Assembly: GCA_964247055.1 (NCBI GenBank)
Contig: OZ176054.1
Coordinates: 372,001 to 436,000 of the forward strand
DNA length: 64,000 nt
Source of the DNA: Paragordius varius
Lineage: Eukaryota > Animalia > Nematomorpha
Direction: 5' to 3'
The notes beneath the pieces were generated by a model, which saw only the letters and a program-made list of their open reading frames with translations, was not told the DNA's origin and did not search any database. The translations under genes were made by a program, and so were the position numbers. Below are positions 24,501-40,700 of this stretch, piece after piece (the stretch's first letter is position 1; each line of letters opens with the position of its first letter).

Positions 24501-26503
24501 ATTTAAAAAATTTATTTTATACGATTTTAAAAATAAAAATGGCTACCTAAAATCCAAATTTGATCAGGTGATGTCACCATAATTTTTTTGGGTAGCCCTA
24601 TAGTAGTTCCATCATCACCCCAAATATTGTCGAGATCGGAGTATAAATGTAATTTTTTTGAATTTTTTAAATATTTAAAAAATTTATTTTATACGATTTT
24701 AAAAATAAAAATGGCTACCTAAAATCCAAATTTGATCAGGTGATGTCGCCATAATTTTTTTTGGGTAACCCTATGGTGGTTCCATCATCACCCCAAATAT
24801 TTTTGAGATCGGACTTTAAATGTAATTTTTATGAATTTTTTAAATATTTAAAAAATTTATTTTATACGATTTTAAAAATAAAAATGGCTACCTAAAATCC
24901 AAATTTGATCAGGTGAATGTCGCCATAATTTTTTTTGGGTAGCCCTATAGTAGTTCCATCATCACCCCAAATATTTTTGAGATCGGAGTATAAATGTAAT
25001 TTTTATGAATTTTTTAAATATTTAAAAAATTTATTTTATACGATTTTAAAAATAAAAATGGCTACCTAAAATCCAAATTTGATCAGGTGATGTCACTATA
25101 ATTTTTTTGGGTAGCCCTATGGTAGTTCCATCATCACCCCAAATATTTTGGGGATCGGACTATAAATGTAATTTTTATGAATTTTTTAAATATTTAAAAA
25201 ATTTATTTTTAACGATTTTAAAAATAAAAATGGCTACCTAAAATCCAAATTTGATCAGGTGATGTCGCCATAATTTTTTTTGGGTAGCCCTATAGTAGTT
25301 CCATCATCACCCCAAATATTTTTGAGATCGGAGTATAAATGTAATTTTTATGAATTTTTTAAATATTTAAAAAATTTATTTTATACGATTTTAAAAATAA
25401 AAATGGCTACCTAAAATCCAAATTTGATCAGGTGATGTCACCATAATTTATTTGGGTAGCCCTATAGTAGTTCCATCATCACCCCAAATATTTTTGAGAT
25501 CGGAGTATAAATGTAATTTTTATGAATTTTTTAAATATTTAAAAAATTTATTTTATAAGATTTTAAAAATAAAAATGGCTACCTAAAATCCAAATTGGAT
25601 CAGGTGATGTCGCCATAATTTTTTTTGGGTAGCCCTATAGTAGTTCCATCATCACCCCAAATATTTTTGAGATCGGAGTATAAATGTAATTTTTATGAAT
25701 TTTTTAAATATTTAAAAAATTTATTTTATACGATTTTAAAAATAAAAATGGCTACCTAAAATCCAAATTTGATCAGGTGATGTCACCATAATTTATTTGG
25801 GTAGCCCTATAGTAGTTCCATCATCACCCCAAATATTTTTGAGATCGGAGTATAAATGTAATTTTTATGAATTTTTTAAATATTTAAAAAATTTATTTTA
25901 TACGATTTTAAAAATAAAAATGGCTATTTAAAATCCAAATTTGATCAGGTGATGTCGCCATAATTTTTTTTGGGTAACCCTATGGTGGTTCCATCATCAC
26001 CCCAAATATTTTTGAGATCGGAGTATAAATGTAATTTTTATGATTTTTTTAAATATTTAAAAAATTTATTTTATACGATTTTAAAAATAAAAATGGCTAC
26101 CTAAAATCCAAATTTGATCAGGTGATGTCACCATAATTTATTTGGGTAGCCCTATAGTAGTTCCATCATCACCCCAAATATTTTTGAGATCGGAGTATAA
26201 ATGTAATTTTTATGAATTTTTTAAATATTTAAAAAATTTATTTTATACGATTTTAAAAATAAAAATGGCTACCTAAAATCCAAATTTGATCAGGTGATGT
26301 CACCATAATTTATTTGGGTAGCCCTATAGTAGTTCCATCATCACCCCAAATATTGTCGAGATCGGAGTATAAATGTAATTTTTTTGAATTTTTTAAATAT
26401 TTAAAAAATTTATTTTATACGATTTTAAAAATAAAAATGGCTACCTAAAATCCAAATTTGATCAGGTGATGTCGCCATAATTTTTTTTGGGTAACCCTAT
26501 GGT

Positions 26504-28850
26504 GGTTCCATCATCACCCCAAATATTTTTGATATCGGACTTTAAATGTAATTTTTATGAATTTTTTAAATATTTAAAAAATTTATTTTATACGATTTTA
26601 AAAATAAAAATGGCTACCTAAAATCCAAATTTGATCAGGTGATGTCACCATAATTTTTTTTGGGTAGCCCTATGGTAGTTCCATCATCAACCCAAATATT
26701 GTCGAGATCGGAGTATAAATGTAGTTTTTTTGAATTTTTTAAATATTTAAAAAATTTATTTTATACGATTTTAAAAATAAAAATGGCTACCTAAAATCCA
26801 AATTTTATCAGGTGATGTCGCCATAATTTTTTTTGGGTAACCCTATGGTGGTTCCATCATCACCCCAAATATTTTTGAGATCGGACTTTAAATGTAATTT
26901 TTATGAATTTTTTAAATATTTAAAAAATTTATTTTATACGATTTTAAAAATAAAAATGGCTACCTAAAATCCAAATTTGATCAGGTAATGTCGCCATAAT
27001 TTTTTTTGGGTAGCCCTATAGTAGTTCCATCATCACCCCAAATATTTTTGAGATCGGAGTATAAATGTAATTTTTATGAATTTTTTAAATATTTAAAAAA
27101 ATTATTTTATACTATTTTAAAAATAAAAATGGCTACCTAAAATCCAAATTTGATCAGGTGATGTCACCATAATTTATTTGGGTAGCCCTATAGTAGTTCC
27201 ATCATCACCCCAAATATTTTTGAGATCGGAGTATAAATGTATTTTTTATGAATTTTTTAAATATTTAAAAAATTTATTTTATACGATTTTAAAAATAAAA
27301 ATGGCTACCTAAAATCCAAATTTGATCAGGTGATGTCGCCATAATTTTTTTGGGTAGCCCTATGGTAGTTCGATCATAACCCCAAATATTTTTGAGATCG
27401 GACTTTAAATGTAATTTTTATGAATTTTTTAAATATTTAAAAAATTTATTTTATACGATTTTAAAAATAAAAATGGCTACCTAAAATCCAAATTTTATCA
27501 GGTGATGTCGCCATAATTTTTTTTGGGTAGCCCTATAGTAGTTCCATCATCACCCCAAATATTTTTGAGATCGGAGTATAAATGTAATCTTTATGAATTT
27601 TTTAAATATTTAAAAAATTTATTTTATACGATTTTAAAAATAAAAATGGCTACCTAAAATCCAAATTTGATCAGGTGATGTCGCCATAATTTTTTTTGGG
27701 TAACCCTATGGTGGTTCCATCATCACCCCAAATATTTTTGATATCGGACTTTAAATGTAATTTTTATGAATTTTTTAAATATTTAAAAAATTTATTTTAT
27801 ACGATTTTAAAAATAAAAATGGCTACCTAAAATCCAAATTTGATCAGGTGATGTCACCATAATTTTTTTTGGGTAGCCCTATGGTAGTTCCATCATCAAC
27901 CCAAATATTGTCGAGATCGGAGTATAAATGTAGTTTTTTTGAATTTTTTAAATATTTAAAAAATTTATTTTATACGATTTTAAAAATAAAAATGGCTACC
28001 TAAAATCCAAATTTTATCAGGTGATGTCGCCATAATTTTTTTTGGGTAACCCTATGGTGGTTCCATCATCACCCCAAATATTTTTGAGATCGGACTTTAA
28101 ATGTAATTTTTATGAATTTTTTAAATATTTAAAAAATTTATTTTATACGATTTTAAAAATAAAAATGGCTACCTAAAATCCAAATTTGATCAGGTAATGT
28201 CGCCATAATTTTTTTTGGGTAGCCCTATAGTAGTTCCATCATCACCCCAAATATTTTTGAGATCGGAGTATAAATGTAATTTTTATGAATTTTTTAAATA
28301 TTTAAAAAAATTATTTTATACTATTTTAAAAATAAAAATGGCTACCTAAAATCCAAATTTGATCAGGTGATGTCACCATAATTTATTTGGGTAGCCCTAT
28401 AGTAGTTCCATCATCACCCCAAATATTTTTGAGATCGGAGTATAAATGTATTTTTTATGAATTTTTTAAATATTTAAAAAATTTATTTTATACGATTTTA
28501 AAAATAAAAATGGCTACCTAAAATCCAAATTTGATCAGGTGATGTCGCCATAATTTTTTTGGGTAGCCCTATGGTAGTTCGATCATAACCCCAAATATTT
28601 TTGAGATCGGACTTTAAATGTAATTTTTATGAATTTTTTAAATATTTAAAAAATTTATTTTATACGATTTTAAAAATAAAAATGGCTACCTAAAATCCAA
28701 ATTTTATCAGGTGATGTCGCCATAATTTTTTTTGGGTAGCCCTATAGTAGTTCCATCATCACCCCAAATATTTTTGAGATCGGAGTATAAATGTAATCTT
28801 TATGAATTTTTTAAATATTTAAAAAATTTATTTTATACGATTTTAAAAAT
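26504..28850 (+). repeat. 7-monomer tandem duplication (1209 bp period)
   Basis: CATCAACCC, GGTAATG, GTTCGATCATAAC (27371/28580) and GTAATCT markers all recur at +1209. Confidence 0.85.
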
Positions 28851-31800
28851 AAAACTACCTAAAATCCAAATTTGATCAGGTGATGTCACTATAATTTTTT
28901 TGGGTAGCCCTATGGTAGTTCCATCATCACCCCAAATATTTTGGGGATCGGACTATAAATGTAATTTTTATGAATTTTTTAAATATTTAAAAAATTTATT
29001 TTATACGATTTTAAAAATAAAAATGGCTACCTAAAATCGAAATTTGATCAGGTGATGTCGCCATAATTTATTTGTTTAGTCCTATAGTAGTTCCATCATC
29101 ACCCCAAATATTGTCGAGATCGGAGTATAAATGTAATTTTTATGAATTTTTTAAATATTTAAAAAATTTATTTTATACGATTTTAAAAATAAAAATGGCT
29201 ACCTAAAATCCAAATTTGATCAGGTGATGTCACTATAATTTTTTTGGGTAGCCCTATGGTAGTTCCATCATCACCCCAAATATTTTGGGGATCGGACTAT
29301 AAATGTAATTTTTATGAATTTTTTAAATATTTAAAAAATTTATTTTATACGATTTTAAAAATAAAAATGGCTACCTAGAATCCAAATTTGATCAGGTGAT
29401 GTCGCCATAATTTTTTTTGGGTAGCCCTATAGTAGTTCCATCATCACCCCAAATATTTTTGAGATCGGAGTATAAATGTAATTTTTATGAATTTTTTAAA
29501 TATTTAAAAAATTTATTTTATACTATTTGAAAAATAAAAATGGCTACCTAAAATCCAAATTTGATCAGGTGATGTCACCATAATTTATTTGTGTAGCCCT
29601 ATAGTAGTTCCATCATCACCCCAAATATTTTTGAGATCGGAGTATAAATGTAATTTTTATGAATTTTTTAAATATTTAAAAAATTTATTTTATACGATTT
29701 TAAAAATAAAAATGGCTACCTAAAATCCAAATTTGATCAGGTGATGTCGCCATAATTTTTTTGGGTAGCCCTATGGTAGTTCCATCATAACCCCAAATAT
29801 TTTTGAGATCGGAGTATAAATATAATTTTTATGAATTTTTTAAATATTTAAAAAATTTATTTTATACGATTTTAAAAATAAAAATGGCTACCTAAAATTC
29901 AAATTTGATCAGGTGATGTCACTATAATTTTTGTGGGTAGTCCTATGGTAGTTCCATCATCACCCCAAATATTGTCGAGATCGGAGTATAAATGTAGTTT
30001 TTTTGAATTTTTAAAATATTTAAAAAATTTATTTTATACGATTTTAAAAATAAAAATGGCTACCTAAAATCCAAATTTGATCAGGTGATGTCGCCATAAT
30101 TTTTTTTGGGTAGCCCTATAGTAGTTCCATCATCACCCCAAATATTTTTGAGATCGGAGTATAAATGTAATTTTTATGAATTTTTTAAATATTTAAAAAA
30201 TTTATTTTATACGATTTTAAAAATAAAAATGGCTACCTAAAATCCAAATTTGATCAGGTGATGTCACCATAATTTATTTGGGTAGCCCTATAGTAGTTCC
30301 ATCATCACCCCAAATATTTTTGAGATCGGAGTATAAATGTAATTTTTATGAATTTTTTAAATATTTAAAAAATTTATTTTATAAGATTTTAAAAATAAAA
30401 ATGGCTACCTAAAATCCAAATTTGATCAGGTGATGTCGCCATAATTTTTTTTGGGTAGCCCTATAGTAGTTCCATCATCACCCCAAATATTTTTGAGATC
30501 GGAGTATAAATGTAATTTTTATGAATTTTTTAAATATTTAAAAAATTTATTTTATACGATTTTAAAAATAAAAATGGCTACCTAAAATCCAAATTTGATC
30601 AGGTGATGTCACCATAATTTATTTGGGTAGCCCTATAGTAGTTCCATCATCACCCCAAATATTTTTGAGATCGGAGTATAAATGTAATTTTTATGAATTT
30701 TTTAAATATTTAAAAAATTTATTTTATACGATTTTAAAAATAAAAATGGCTATTTAAAATCCAAATTTGATCAGGTGATGTCGCCATAATTTTTTTTGGG
30801 TAACCCTATGGTGGTTCCATCATCACCCCAAATATTTTTGAGATCGGAGTATAAATGTAATTTTTATGAATTTTTTAAATATTTAAAAAATTTATTTTAT
30901 ACGATTTTAAAAATAAAAATGGCTACCTAAAATCCAAATTTGATCAGGTGATGTCACCATAATTTATTTGGGTAGCCCTATAGTAGTTCCATCCTCACCC
31001 CAAATATTTTTGAGATCGGAGTATAAATGTAATTTTTATGAATTTTTTAAATATTTAAAAAATTTATTTTATACGATTTTAAAAATAAAAATGGCTACCT
31101 AAAATCCAAATTTTATCAGGTGATGTCGCCATAATTTTTTTTGGGTAACCCTATGGTGGTTCCATCATCACCCCAAATATTTTTGAGATCGGAGTATAAA
31201 TGTATTTTTTATGAATTTTTTAAATATTTAAAAAATTTATTTTATACGATTTTAAAAATAAAAATGGCTACCTAAAATCCAAATTTGATCAGGTGATGTC
31301 GCCATAATTTTTTTTGGGTAGCCCTATAGTAGTTCCATCATCACCCCAAATATTTTTGAGATCGGAGTATAAATGTAATTTTTATGAATTTTTTAAATAT
31401 TTAAAAAAATTATTTTATACTATTTTAAAAATAAAAATGGCTACCTAAAATCCAAATTTGATCAGGTGATGTCACCATAATTTATTTGGGTAGCCCTATA
31501 GTAGTTCCATCATCACCCCAAATATTTTTGAGATCGGAGTATAAATGTATTTTTTATGAATTTTTTAAATATTTAAAAAATTTATTTTATACGATTTTAA
31601 AAATAAAAATGGCTACCTAAAATCCAAATTTGATCAGGTGATGTCGCCATAATTTTTTTGGGTAGCCCTATGGTAGTTCGATCATAACCCCAAATATTTT
31701 TGAGATCGGACTTTAAATGTAATTTTTATGAATTTTTTAAATATTTAAAAAATTTATTTTATACGATTTTAAAAATAAAAATGGCTACCTAAAATCCAAA

Positions 31801-34800
31801 TTTTATCAGGTGATGTCGCCATAATTTTTTTTGGGTAGCCCTATAGTAGTTCCATCATCACCCCAAATATTTTTGAGATCGGAGTATAAATGTAATCTTT
31901 ATGAATTTTTTAAATATTTAAAAAATTTATTTTATACGATTTTAAAAATAAAACTACCTAAAATCCAAATTTGATCAGGTGATGTCACTATAATTTTTTT
32001 GGGTAGCCCTATGGTAGTTCCATCATCACCCCAAATATTTTGGGGATCGGACTATAAATGTAATTTTTATGAATTTTTTAAATATTTAAAAAATTTATTT
32101 TATACGATTTTAAAAATAAAAATGGCTACCTAAAATCGAAATTTGATCAGGTGATGTCGCCATAATTTATTTGTTTAGTCCTATAGTAGTTCCATCATCA
32201 CCCCAAATATTGTCGAGATCGGAGTATAAATGTAATTTTTATGAATTTTTTAAATATTTAAAAAATTTATTTTATACGATTTTAAAAATAAAAATGGCTA
32301 CCTAAAATCCAAATTTGATCAGGTGATGTCACTATAATTTTTTTGGGTAGCCCTATGGTAGTTCCATCATCACCCCAAATATTTTGGGGATCGGACTATA
32401 AATGTAATTTTTATGAATTTTTTAAATATTTAAAAAATTTATTTTATACGATTTTAAAAATAAAAATGGCTACCTAGAATCCAAATTTGATCAGGTGATG
32501 TCGCCATAATTTTTTTTGGGTAGCCCTATAGTAGTTCCATCATCACCCCAAATATTTTTGAGATCGGAGTATAAATGTAATTTTTATGAATTTTTTAAAT
32601 ATTTAAAAAATTTATTTTATACTATTTGAAAAATAAAAATGGCTACCTAAAATCCAAATTTGATCAGGTGATGTCACCATAATTTATTTGTGTAGCCCTA
32701 TAGTAGTTCCATCATCACCCCAAATATTTTTGAGATCGGAGTATAAATGTAATTTTTATGAATTTTTTAAATATTTAAAAAATTTATTTTATACGATTTT
32801 AAAAATAAAAATGGCTACCTAAAATCCAAATTTGATCAGGTGATGTCGCCATAATTTTTTTGGGTAGCCCTATGGTAGTTCCATCATAACCCCAAATATT
32901 TTTGAGATCGGAGTATAAATATAATTTTTATGAATTTTTTAAATATTTAAAAAATTTATTTTATACGATTTTAAAAATAAAAATGGCTACCTAAAATTCA
33001 AATTTGATCAGGTGATGTCACTATAATTTTTGTGGGTAGTCCTATGGTAGTTCCATCATCACCCCAAATATTGTCGAGATCGGAGTATAAATGTAGTTTT
33101 TTTGAATTTTTAAAATATTTAAAAAATTTATTTTATACGATTTTAAAAATAAAAATGGCTACCTAAAATCCAAATTTGATCAGGTGATGTCGCCATAATT
33201 TTTTTTGGGTAGCCCTATAGTAGTTCCATCATCACCCCAAATATTTTTGAGATCGGAGTATAAATGTAATTTTTATGAATTTTTTAAATATTTAAAAAAT
33301 TTATTTTATACGATTTTAAAAATAAAAATGGCTACCTAAAATCCAAATTTGATCAGGTGATGTCACCATAATTTATTTGGGTAGCCCTATAGTAGTTCCA
33401 TCATCACCCCAAATATTTTTGAGATCGGAGTATAAATGTAATTTTTATGAATTTTTTAAATATTTAAAAAATTTATTTTATAAGATTTTAAAAATAAAAA
33501 TGGCTACCTAAAATCCAAATTTGATCAGGTGATGTCGCCATAATTTTTTTTGGGTAGCCCTATAGTAGTTCCATCATCACCCCAAATATTTTTGAGATCG
33601 GAGTATAAATGTAATTTTTATGAATTTTTTAAATATTTAAAAAATTTATTTTATACGATTTTAAAAATAAAAATGGCTACCTAAAATCCAAATTTGATCA
33701 GGTGATGTCACCATAATTTATTTGGGTAGCCCTATAGTAGTTCCATCATCACCCCAAATATTTTTGAGATCGGAGTATAAATGTAATTTTTATGAATTTT
33801 TTAAATATTTAAAAAATTTATTTTATACGATTTTAAAAATAAAAATGGCTATTTAAAATCCAAATTTGATCAGGTGATGTCGCCATAATTTTTTTTGGGT
33901 AACCCTATGGTGGTTCCATCATCACCCCAAATATTTTTGAGATCGGAGTATAAATGTAATTTTTATGAATTTTTTAAATATTTAAAAAATTTATTTTATA
34001 CGATTTTAAAAATAAAAATGGCTACCTAAAATCCAAATTTGATCAGGTGATGTCACCATAATTTATTTGGGTAGCCCTATAGTAGTTCCATCCTCACCCC
34101 AAATATTTTTGAGATCGGAGTATAAATGTAATTTTTATGAATTTTTTAAATATTTAAAAAATTTATTTTATACGATTTTAAAAATAAAAATGGCTACCTA
34201 AAATCCAAATTTTATCAGGTGATGTCGCCATAATTTTTTTTGGGTAACCCTATGGTGGTTCCATCATCACCCCAAATATTTTTGAGATCGGAGTATAAAT
34301 GTATTTTTTATGAATTTTTTAAATATTTAAAAAATTTATTTTATACGATTTTAAAAATAAAAATGGCTACCTAAAATCCAAATTTGATCAGGTGATGTCG
34401 CCATAATTTTTTTTGGGTAGCCCTATAGTAGTTCCATCATCACCCCAAATATTTTTGAGATCGGAGTATAAATGTAATTTTTATGAATTTTTTAAATATT
34501 TAAAAAAATTATTTTATACTATTTTAAAAATAAAAATGGCTACCTAAAATCCAAATTTGATCAGGTGATGTCACCATAATTTATTTGGGTAGCCCTATAG
34601 TAGTTCCATCATCACCCCAAATATTTTTGAGATCGGAGTATAAATGTATTTTTTATGAATTTTTTAAATATTTAAAAAATTTATTTTATACGATTTTAAA
34701 AATAAAAATGGCTACCTAAAATCCAAATTTGATCAGGTGATGTCGCCATAATTTTTTTGGGTAGCCCTATGGTAGTTCGATCATAACCCCAAATATTTTT

Positions 34801-37700
34801 GAGATCGGACTTTAAATGTAATTTTTATGAATTTTTTAAATATTTAAAAAATTTATTTTATACGATTTTAAAAATAAAAATGGCTACCTAAAATCCAAAT
34901 TTTATCAGGTGATGTCGCCATAATTTTTTTTGGGTAGCCCTATAGTAGTTCCATCATCACCCCAAATATTTTTGAGATCGGAGTATAAATGTAATCTTTA
35001 TGAATTTTTTAAATATTTAAAAAATTTATTTTATACGATTTTAAAAATAAAACTACCTAAAATCCAAATTTGATCAGGTGATGTCACTATAATTTTTTTG
35101 GGTAGCCCTATGGTAGTTCCATCATCACCCCAAATATTTTGGGGATCGGACTATAAATGTAATTTTTATGAATTTTTTAAATATTTAAAAAATTTATTTT
35201 ATACGATTTTAAAAATAAAAATGGCTACCTAAAATCGAAATTTGATCAGGTGATATCGCCATAATTTATTTGTTTAGTCCTATAGTAGTTCCATCATCAC
35301 CCCAAATATTGTCGAGATCGGAGTATAAATGTAATTTTTATGAATTTTTTAAATATTTAAAAAATTTATTTTATACGATTTTAAAAATAAAAATGGCTAC
35401 CTAAAATCCAAATTTGATCAGGTGATGTCACTATAATTTTTTTGGGTAGCCCTATGGTAGTTCCATCATCACCCCAAATATTTTGGGGATCGGACTATAA
35501 ATGTAATTTTTATGAATTTTTTAAATATTTAAAAAATTTATTTTATACGATTTTAAAAATAAAAATGGCTACCTAGAATCCAAATTTGATCAGGTGATGT
35601 CGCCATAATTTTTTTTGGGTAGCCCTATAGTAGTTCCATCATCACCCCAAATATTTTTGAGATCGGAGTATAAATGTAATTTTTATGAATTTTTTAAATA
35701 TTTAAAAAATTTATTTTTAACGATTTTAAAAATAAAAATGGCTACCTAAAATCCAAATTTGATCAGGTGATGTCGCCATAATTTTTTTTGGGTAGCCCTA
35801 TAGTAGTTCCATCATCACCCCAAATATTTTTGAGATCGGAGTATAAATGTAATTTTTATGAATTTTTTAAATATTTAAAAAATTTATTTTATACTATTTG
35901 AAAAATAAAAATGGCTACCTAAAATCCAAATTTGATCAGGTGATGTCACCATAATTTATTTGTGTAGCCCTATAGTAGTTCCATCATCACCCCAAATATT
36001 TTTGAGATCGGAGTATAAATGTAATTTTTATGAATTTTTTAAATATTTAAAAAATTTATTTTATACGATTTTAAAAATAAAAATGGCTACCTAAAATCCA
36101 AATTTGATCAGGTGATGTCGCCATAATTTTTTTGGGTAGCCCTATGGTAGTTCCATCATAACCCCAAATATTTTTGAGATCGGAGTATAAATATAATTTT
36201 TATGAATTTTTTAAATATTTAAAAAATTTATTTTATACGATTTTAAAAATAAAAATGGCTACCTAAAATTCAAATTTGATCAGGTGATGTCACTATAATT
36301 TTTGTGGGTAGTCCTATGGTAGTTCCATCATCACCCCAAATATTGTCGAGATCGGAGTATAAATGTAGTTTTTTTGAATTTTTTAAATATTTAAAAAATT
36401 TATTTTATACGATTTTAAAAATAAAAATGGCTACCTAAAATCCAAATTTGATCAGGTGATGTCGCCATAATTTTTTTTGGGTAGCCCTATAGTAGTTCCA
36501 TCATCACCCCAAATATTTTTGAGATCGGAGTATAAATGTAATTTTTATGAATTTTTTAAATATTTAAAAAATTTATTTTATACGATTTTAAAAATAAAAA
36601 TGGCTACCTAAAATCCAAATTTGATCAGGTGATGTCACCATAATTTATTTGGGTAGCCCTATAGTAGTTCCATCATCACCCCAAATATTTTTGAGATCGG
36701 AGTATAAATGTAATTTTTATGAATTTTTTAAATATTTAAAAAATTTATTTTATAAGATTTTAAAAATAAAAATGGCTACCTAAAATCCAAATTTGATCAG
36801 GTGATGTCACCATAATTTATTTGGGTAGCCCTATAGTAGTTCCATCATCACCCCAAATATTTTTGAGATCGGAGTATAAATGTATTTTTTATGAATTTTT
36901 TAAATATTTAAAAAATTTATTTTATACGATTTTAAAAATAAAAATGGCTACCTAAAATCCAAATTTGATCAGGTGATGTCGCCATAATTTTTTTGGGTAG
37001 CCCTATGGTAGTTCGATCATAACCCCAAATATTTTTGAGATCGGACTTTAAATGTAATTTTTATGAATTTTTTAAATATTTAAAAAATTTATTTTATACG
37101 ATTTTAAAAATAAAAATGGCTACCTAAAATCCAAATTTTATCAGGTGATGTCGCCATAATTTTTTTTGGGTAGCCCTATAGTAGTTCCATCATCACCCCA
37201 AATATTTTTGAGATCGGAGTATAAATGTAATCTTTATGAATTTTTTAAATATTTAAAAAATTTATTTTATACGATTTTAAAAATAAAACTACCTAAAATC
37301 CAAATTTGATCAGGTGATGTCACTATAATTTTTTTGGGTAGCCCTATGGTAGTTCCATCATCACCCCAAATATTTTGGGGATCGGACTATAAATGTAATT
37401 TTTATGAATTTTTTAAATATTTAAAAAATTTATTTTATACGATTTTAAAAATAAAAATGGCTACCTAAAATCGAAATTTGATCAGGTGATGTCGCCATAA
37501 TTTATTTGTTTAGTCCTATAGTAGTTCCATCATCACCCCAAATATTGTCGAGATCGGAGTATAAATGTAATTTTTATGAATTTTTTAAATATTTAAAAAA
37601 TTTATTTTATACGATTTTAAAAATAAAAATGGCTACCTAAAATCCAAATTTGATCAGGTGATGTCACTATAATTTTTTTGGGTAGCCCTATGGTAGTTCC
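28232..37700 (+). repeat. 18-monomer HOR, 3099 bp period: two near-identical full copies (28232-31330, 31331-34429) plus rearranged or truncated copies
   Basis: The ATGG deletion (c at 28855, 31954, 35053, then 37289) and GTTCGATC (28580, 31679, 34778, 37014) give periods 3099, 3099 and 2236. Confidence 0.92.
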
Positions 37701-40700
37701 ATCATCACCCCAAATATTTTGGGGATCGGACTATAAATGTAATTTTTATGAATTTTTTAAATATTTAAAAAATTTATTTTATACGATTTTAAAAATAAAA
37801 ATGGCTACCTAAAATCCAAATTTGATCAGGTGATGTCACCATAAATTTTTTTGGGTAGTCCTATGGTAGTTCCATCATCACCCCAAATATTGTCGAGATC
37901 GGAGTATAAATGTAGTTTTTTTGAATTTTTTAAATATTTAAAAAATTTATTTTATACGATTTTAAAAATAAAAATGGCTACCTAGAATCCAAATTTGATC
38001 AGGTGATGTCGCCATAATTTTTTTTGGGTAGCCCTATAGTAGTTCCATCATCACCCCAAATATTTTTGAGATCGGAGTATAAATGTAATTTTTATGAATT
38101 TTTTAAATATTTAAAAAATTTATTTTATACTATTTGAAAAATAAAAATGGCTACCTAAAATCCAAATTTGATCAGGTGATGTCACCATAATTTATTTGGG
38201 TAGCCCTATAGTAGTTCCATCATCACCCCAAATATTTTTGAGATCGGAGTATAAATGTAATATTTATGAATTTTTTAAATATTTAAAAAATTTATTTTAT
38301 ACGATTTTAAAAATAAAAATGGCTACCTAAAATCCAAATTTGATCAGGTGATGTCGCCATAATTTTTTTGGGTAGCCCTATGGTAGTTCCATCATAACCC
38401 CAAATATTTTTGAGATCGGAGTATAAATGTAATTTTTATGAATTTTTTAAATATTTAAAAAATTTATTTTATACTATTTGAAAAATAAAAATGGCTACCT
38501 AAAATCCAAATTTGATCAGGTGATGTCGCCATAATTTTTTTTGGGTAGCCCTATAGTAGTTCCATCATCACCCCAAATATTTTTGAGATCGGAGTATAAA
38601 TGTAATATTTATGAATTTTTTAAATATTTAAAAAATTTATTTTATAAGATTTTAAAAATAAAAATGGCTACCTAAAATCCAAATTTGATCAGGTGATGTC
38701 ACTATAATTTATTTGGGTAGCCCTATGGTAGTTCCATCATCACCCCAAATATTTTTGAGATCGGAGTATAAATGTAATTTTTATGAATTTTTTAAATATT
38801 TAAAAAATTTATTTTATACGATTTTAAAAATAAAAATGGCTACCTAAAATCCAAATTTGATCAGGTGATGTCACCATAATTTATTTGGGTAGCCCTATAG
38901 TAGTTCCATCATCACCCCAAATATTTTTGAGATCGGAGTATAAATGTAATATTTATGAATTTTTTAAATATTTAAAAAATTTATTTTATAAGATTTTAAA
39001 AATAAAAATGGCTACCTAAAATCCAAATTTGATCAGGTGATGTCGCCATAATTTTTTTGGGTAGCCCTATGGTAGTTCGATCATAACCCCAAATATTGTC
39101 GAGATCGGAGTATAAATGTAGTTTTTTTGAATTTTTTAAATATTTAAAAAATTTATTTTATACGATTTTAAAAATAAAAATGGCTACCTAGAATCCAAAT
39201 TTGATCAGGTGATGTCGCCATAATTTTTTTTGGGTAGCCCTATGGTAGTTCCATCATCACCCCAAATATTTTGGGGATCGGACTATAAATGTAATTTTTA
39301 TGAATTTTTTAAATATTTAAAAAATTTATTTTATACGATTTTAAAAATAAAAATGGCTACCTAAAATCGAAATTTGATCAGGTGATGTCGCCATAATTTA
39401 TTTGTTTAGTCCTATAGTAGTTCCATCATCACCCCAAATATTGTCGAGATCGGAGTATAAATGTAATATTTATGAATTTTTTAAATATTTAAAAAATTTA
39501 TTTTATACGATTTTAAAAATAAAAATGGCTACCTAAAATCCAAATTTGATCAGGTGATGTCGCCATAATTTTTTTGGGTAGCCCTATGGTAGTTCCATCA
39601 TAACCCCAAATATTTTTGAGATCGGAGTATAAATGTAATTTTTATGAATTTTTTAAATATTTAAAAAATTTATTTTATACTATTTGAAAAATAAAAATGG
39701 CTACCTAAAATCCAAATTTGATCAGGTGATGTCGCCATAATTTTTTTTGGGTAGCCCTATAGTAGTTCCATCATCACCCCAAATATTTTTGAGATCGGAG
39801 TATAAATGTAATATTTATGAATTTTTTAAATATTTAAAAAATTTATTTTATAAGATTTTAAAAATAAAAATGGCTACCTAAAATCCAAATTTGATCAGGT
39901 GATGTCACTATAATTTATTTGGGTAGCCCTATGGTAGTTCCATCATCACCCCAAATATTTTTGAGATCGGAGTATAAATGTAATTTTTATGAATTTTTTA
40001 AATATTTAAAAAATTTATTTTATACGATTTTAAAAATAAAAATGGCTACCTAAAATCCAAATTTGATCAGGTGATGTCACCATAATTTATTTGGGTAGCC
40101 CTATAGTAGTTCCATCATCACCCCAAATATTTTTGAGATCGGAGTATAAATGTAATATTTATGAATTTTTTAAATATTTAAAAAATTTATTTTATAAGAT
40201 TTTAAAAATAAAAATGGCTACCTAAAATCCAAATTTGATCAGGTGATGTCACCATAATTTATTTGGGTAGCCCTATAGTAGTTCCATCATCACCCCAAAT
40301 ATTTTTGAGATCGGAGTATAAATGTAATTTTTATGAATTTTTTAAATATTTAAAAAATTTATTTTATACGATTTTAAAAATAAAAATGGCTACCTAAAAT
40401 CCAAATTTGATCAGGTGATGTCACCATAATTTATTTGGGTAGCCCTATAGTAGTTCCATCATCACCCCAAATATTTTTGAGATCGGAGTATAAATGTAAT
40501 TTTTATGAATTTTTTAAATATTTAAAAAATTTATTTTATACGATTTTAAAAATAAAAATGGCTACCTAAAATCCAAATTTGATCAGGTGATGTCACCATA
40601 ATTTATTTGGGTAGCCCTATAGTAGTTCCATCATCACCCCAAATATTTTTGAGATCGGAGTATAAATGTAATTTTTATGAATTTTTTAAATATTTAAAAA

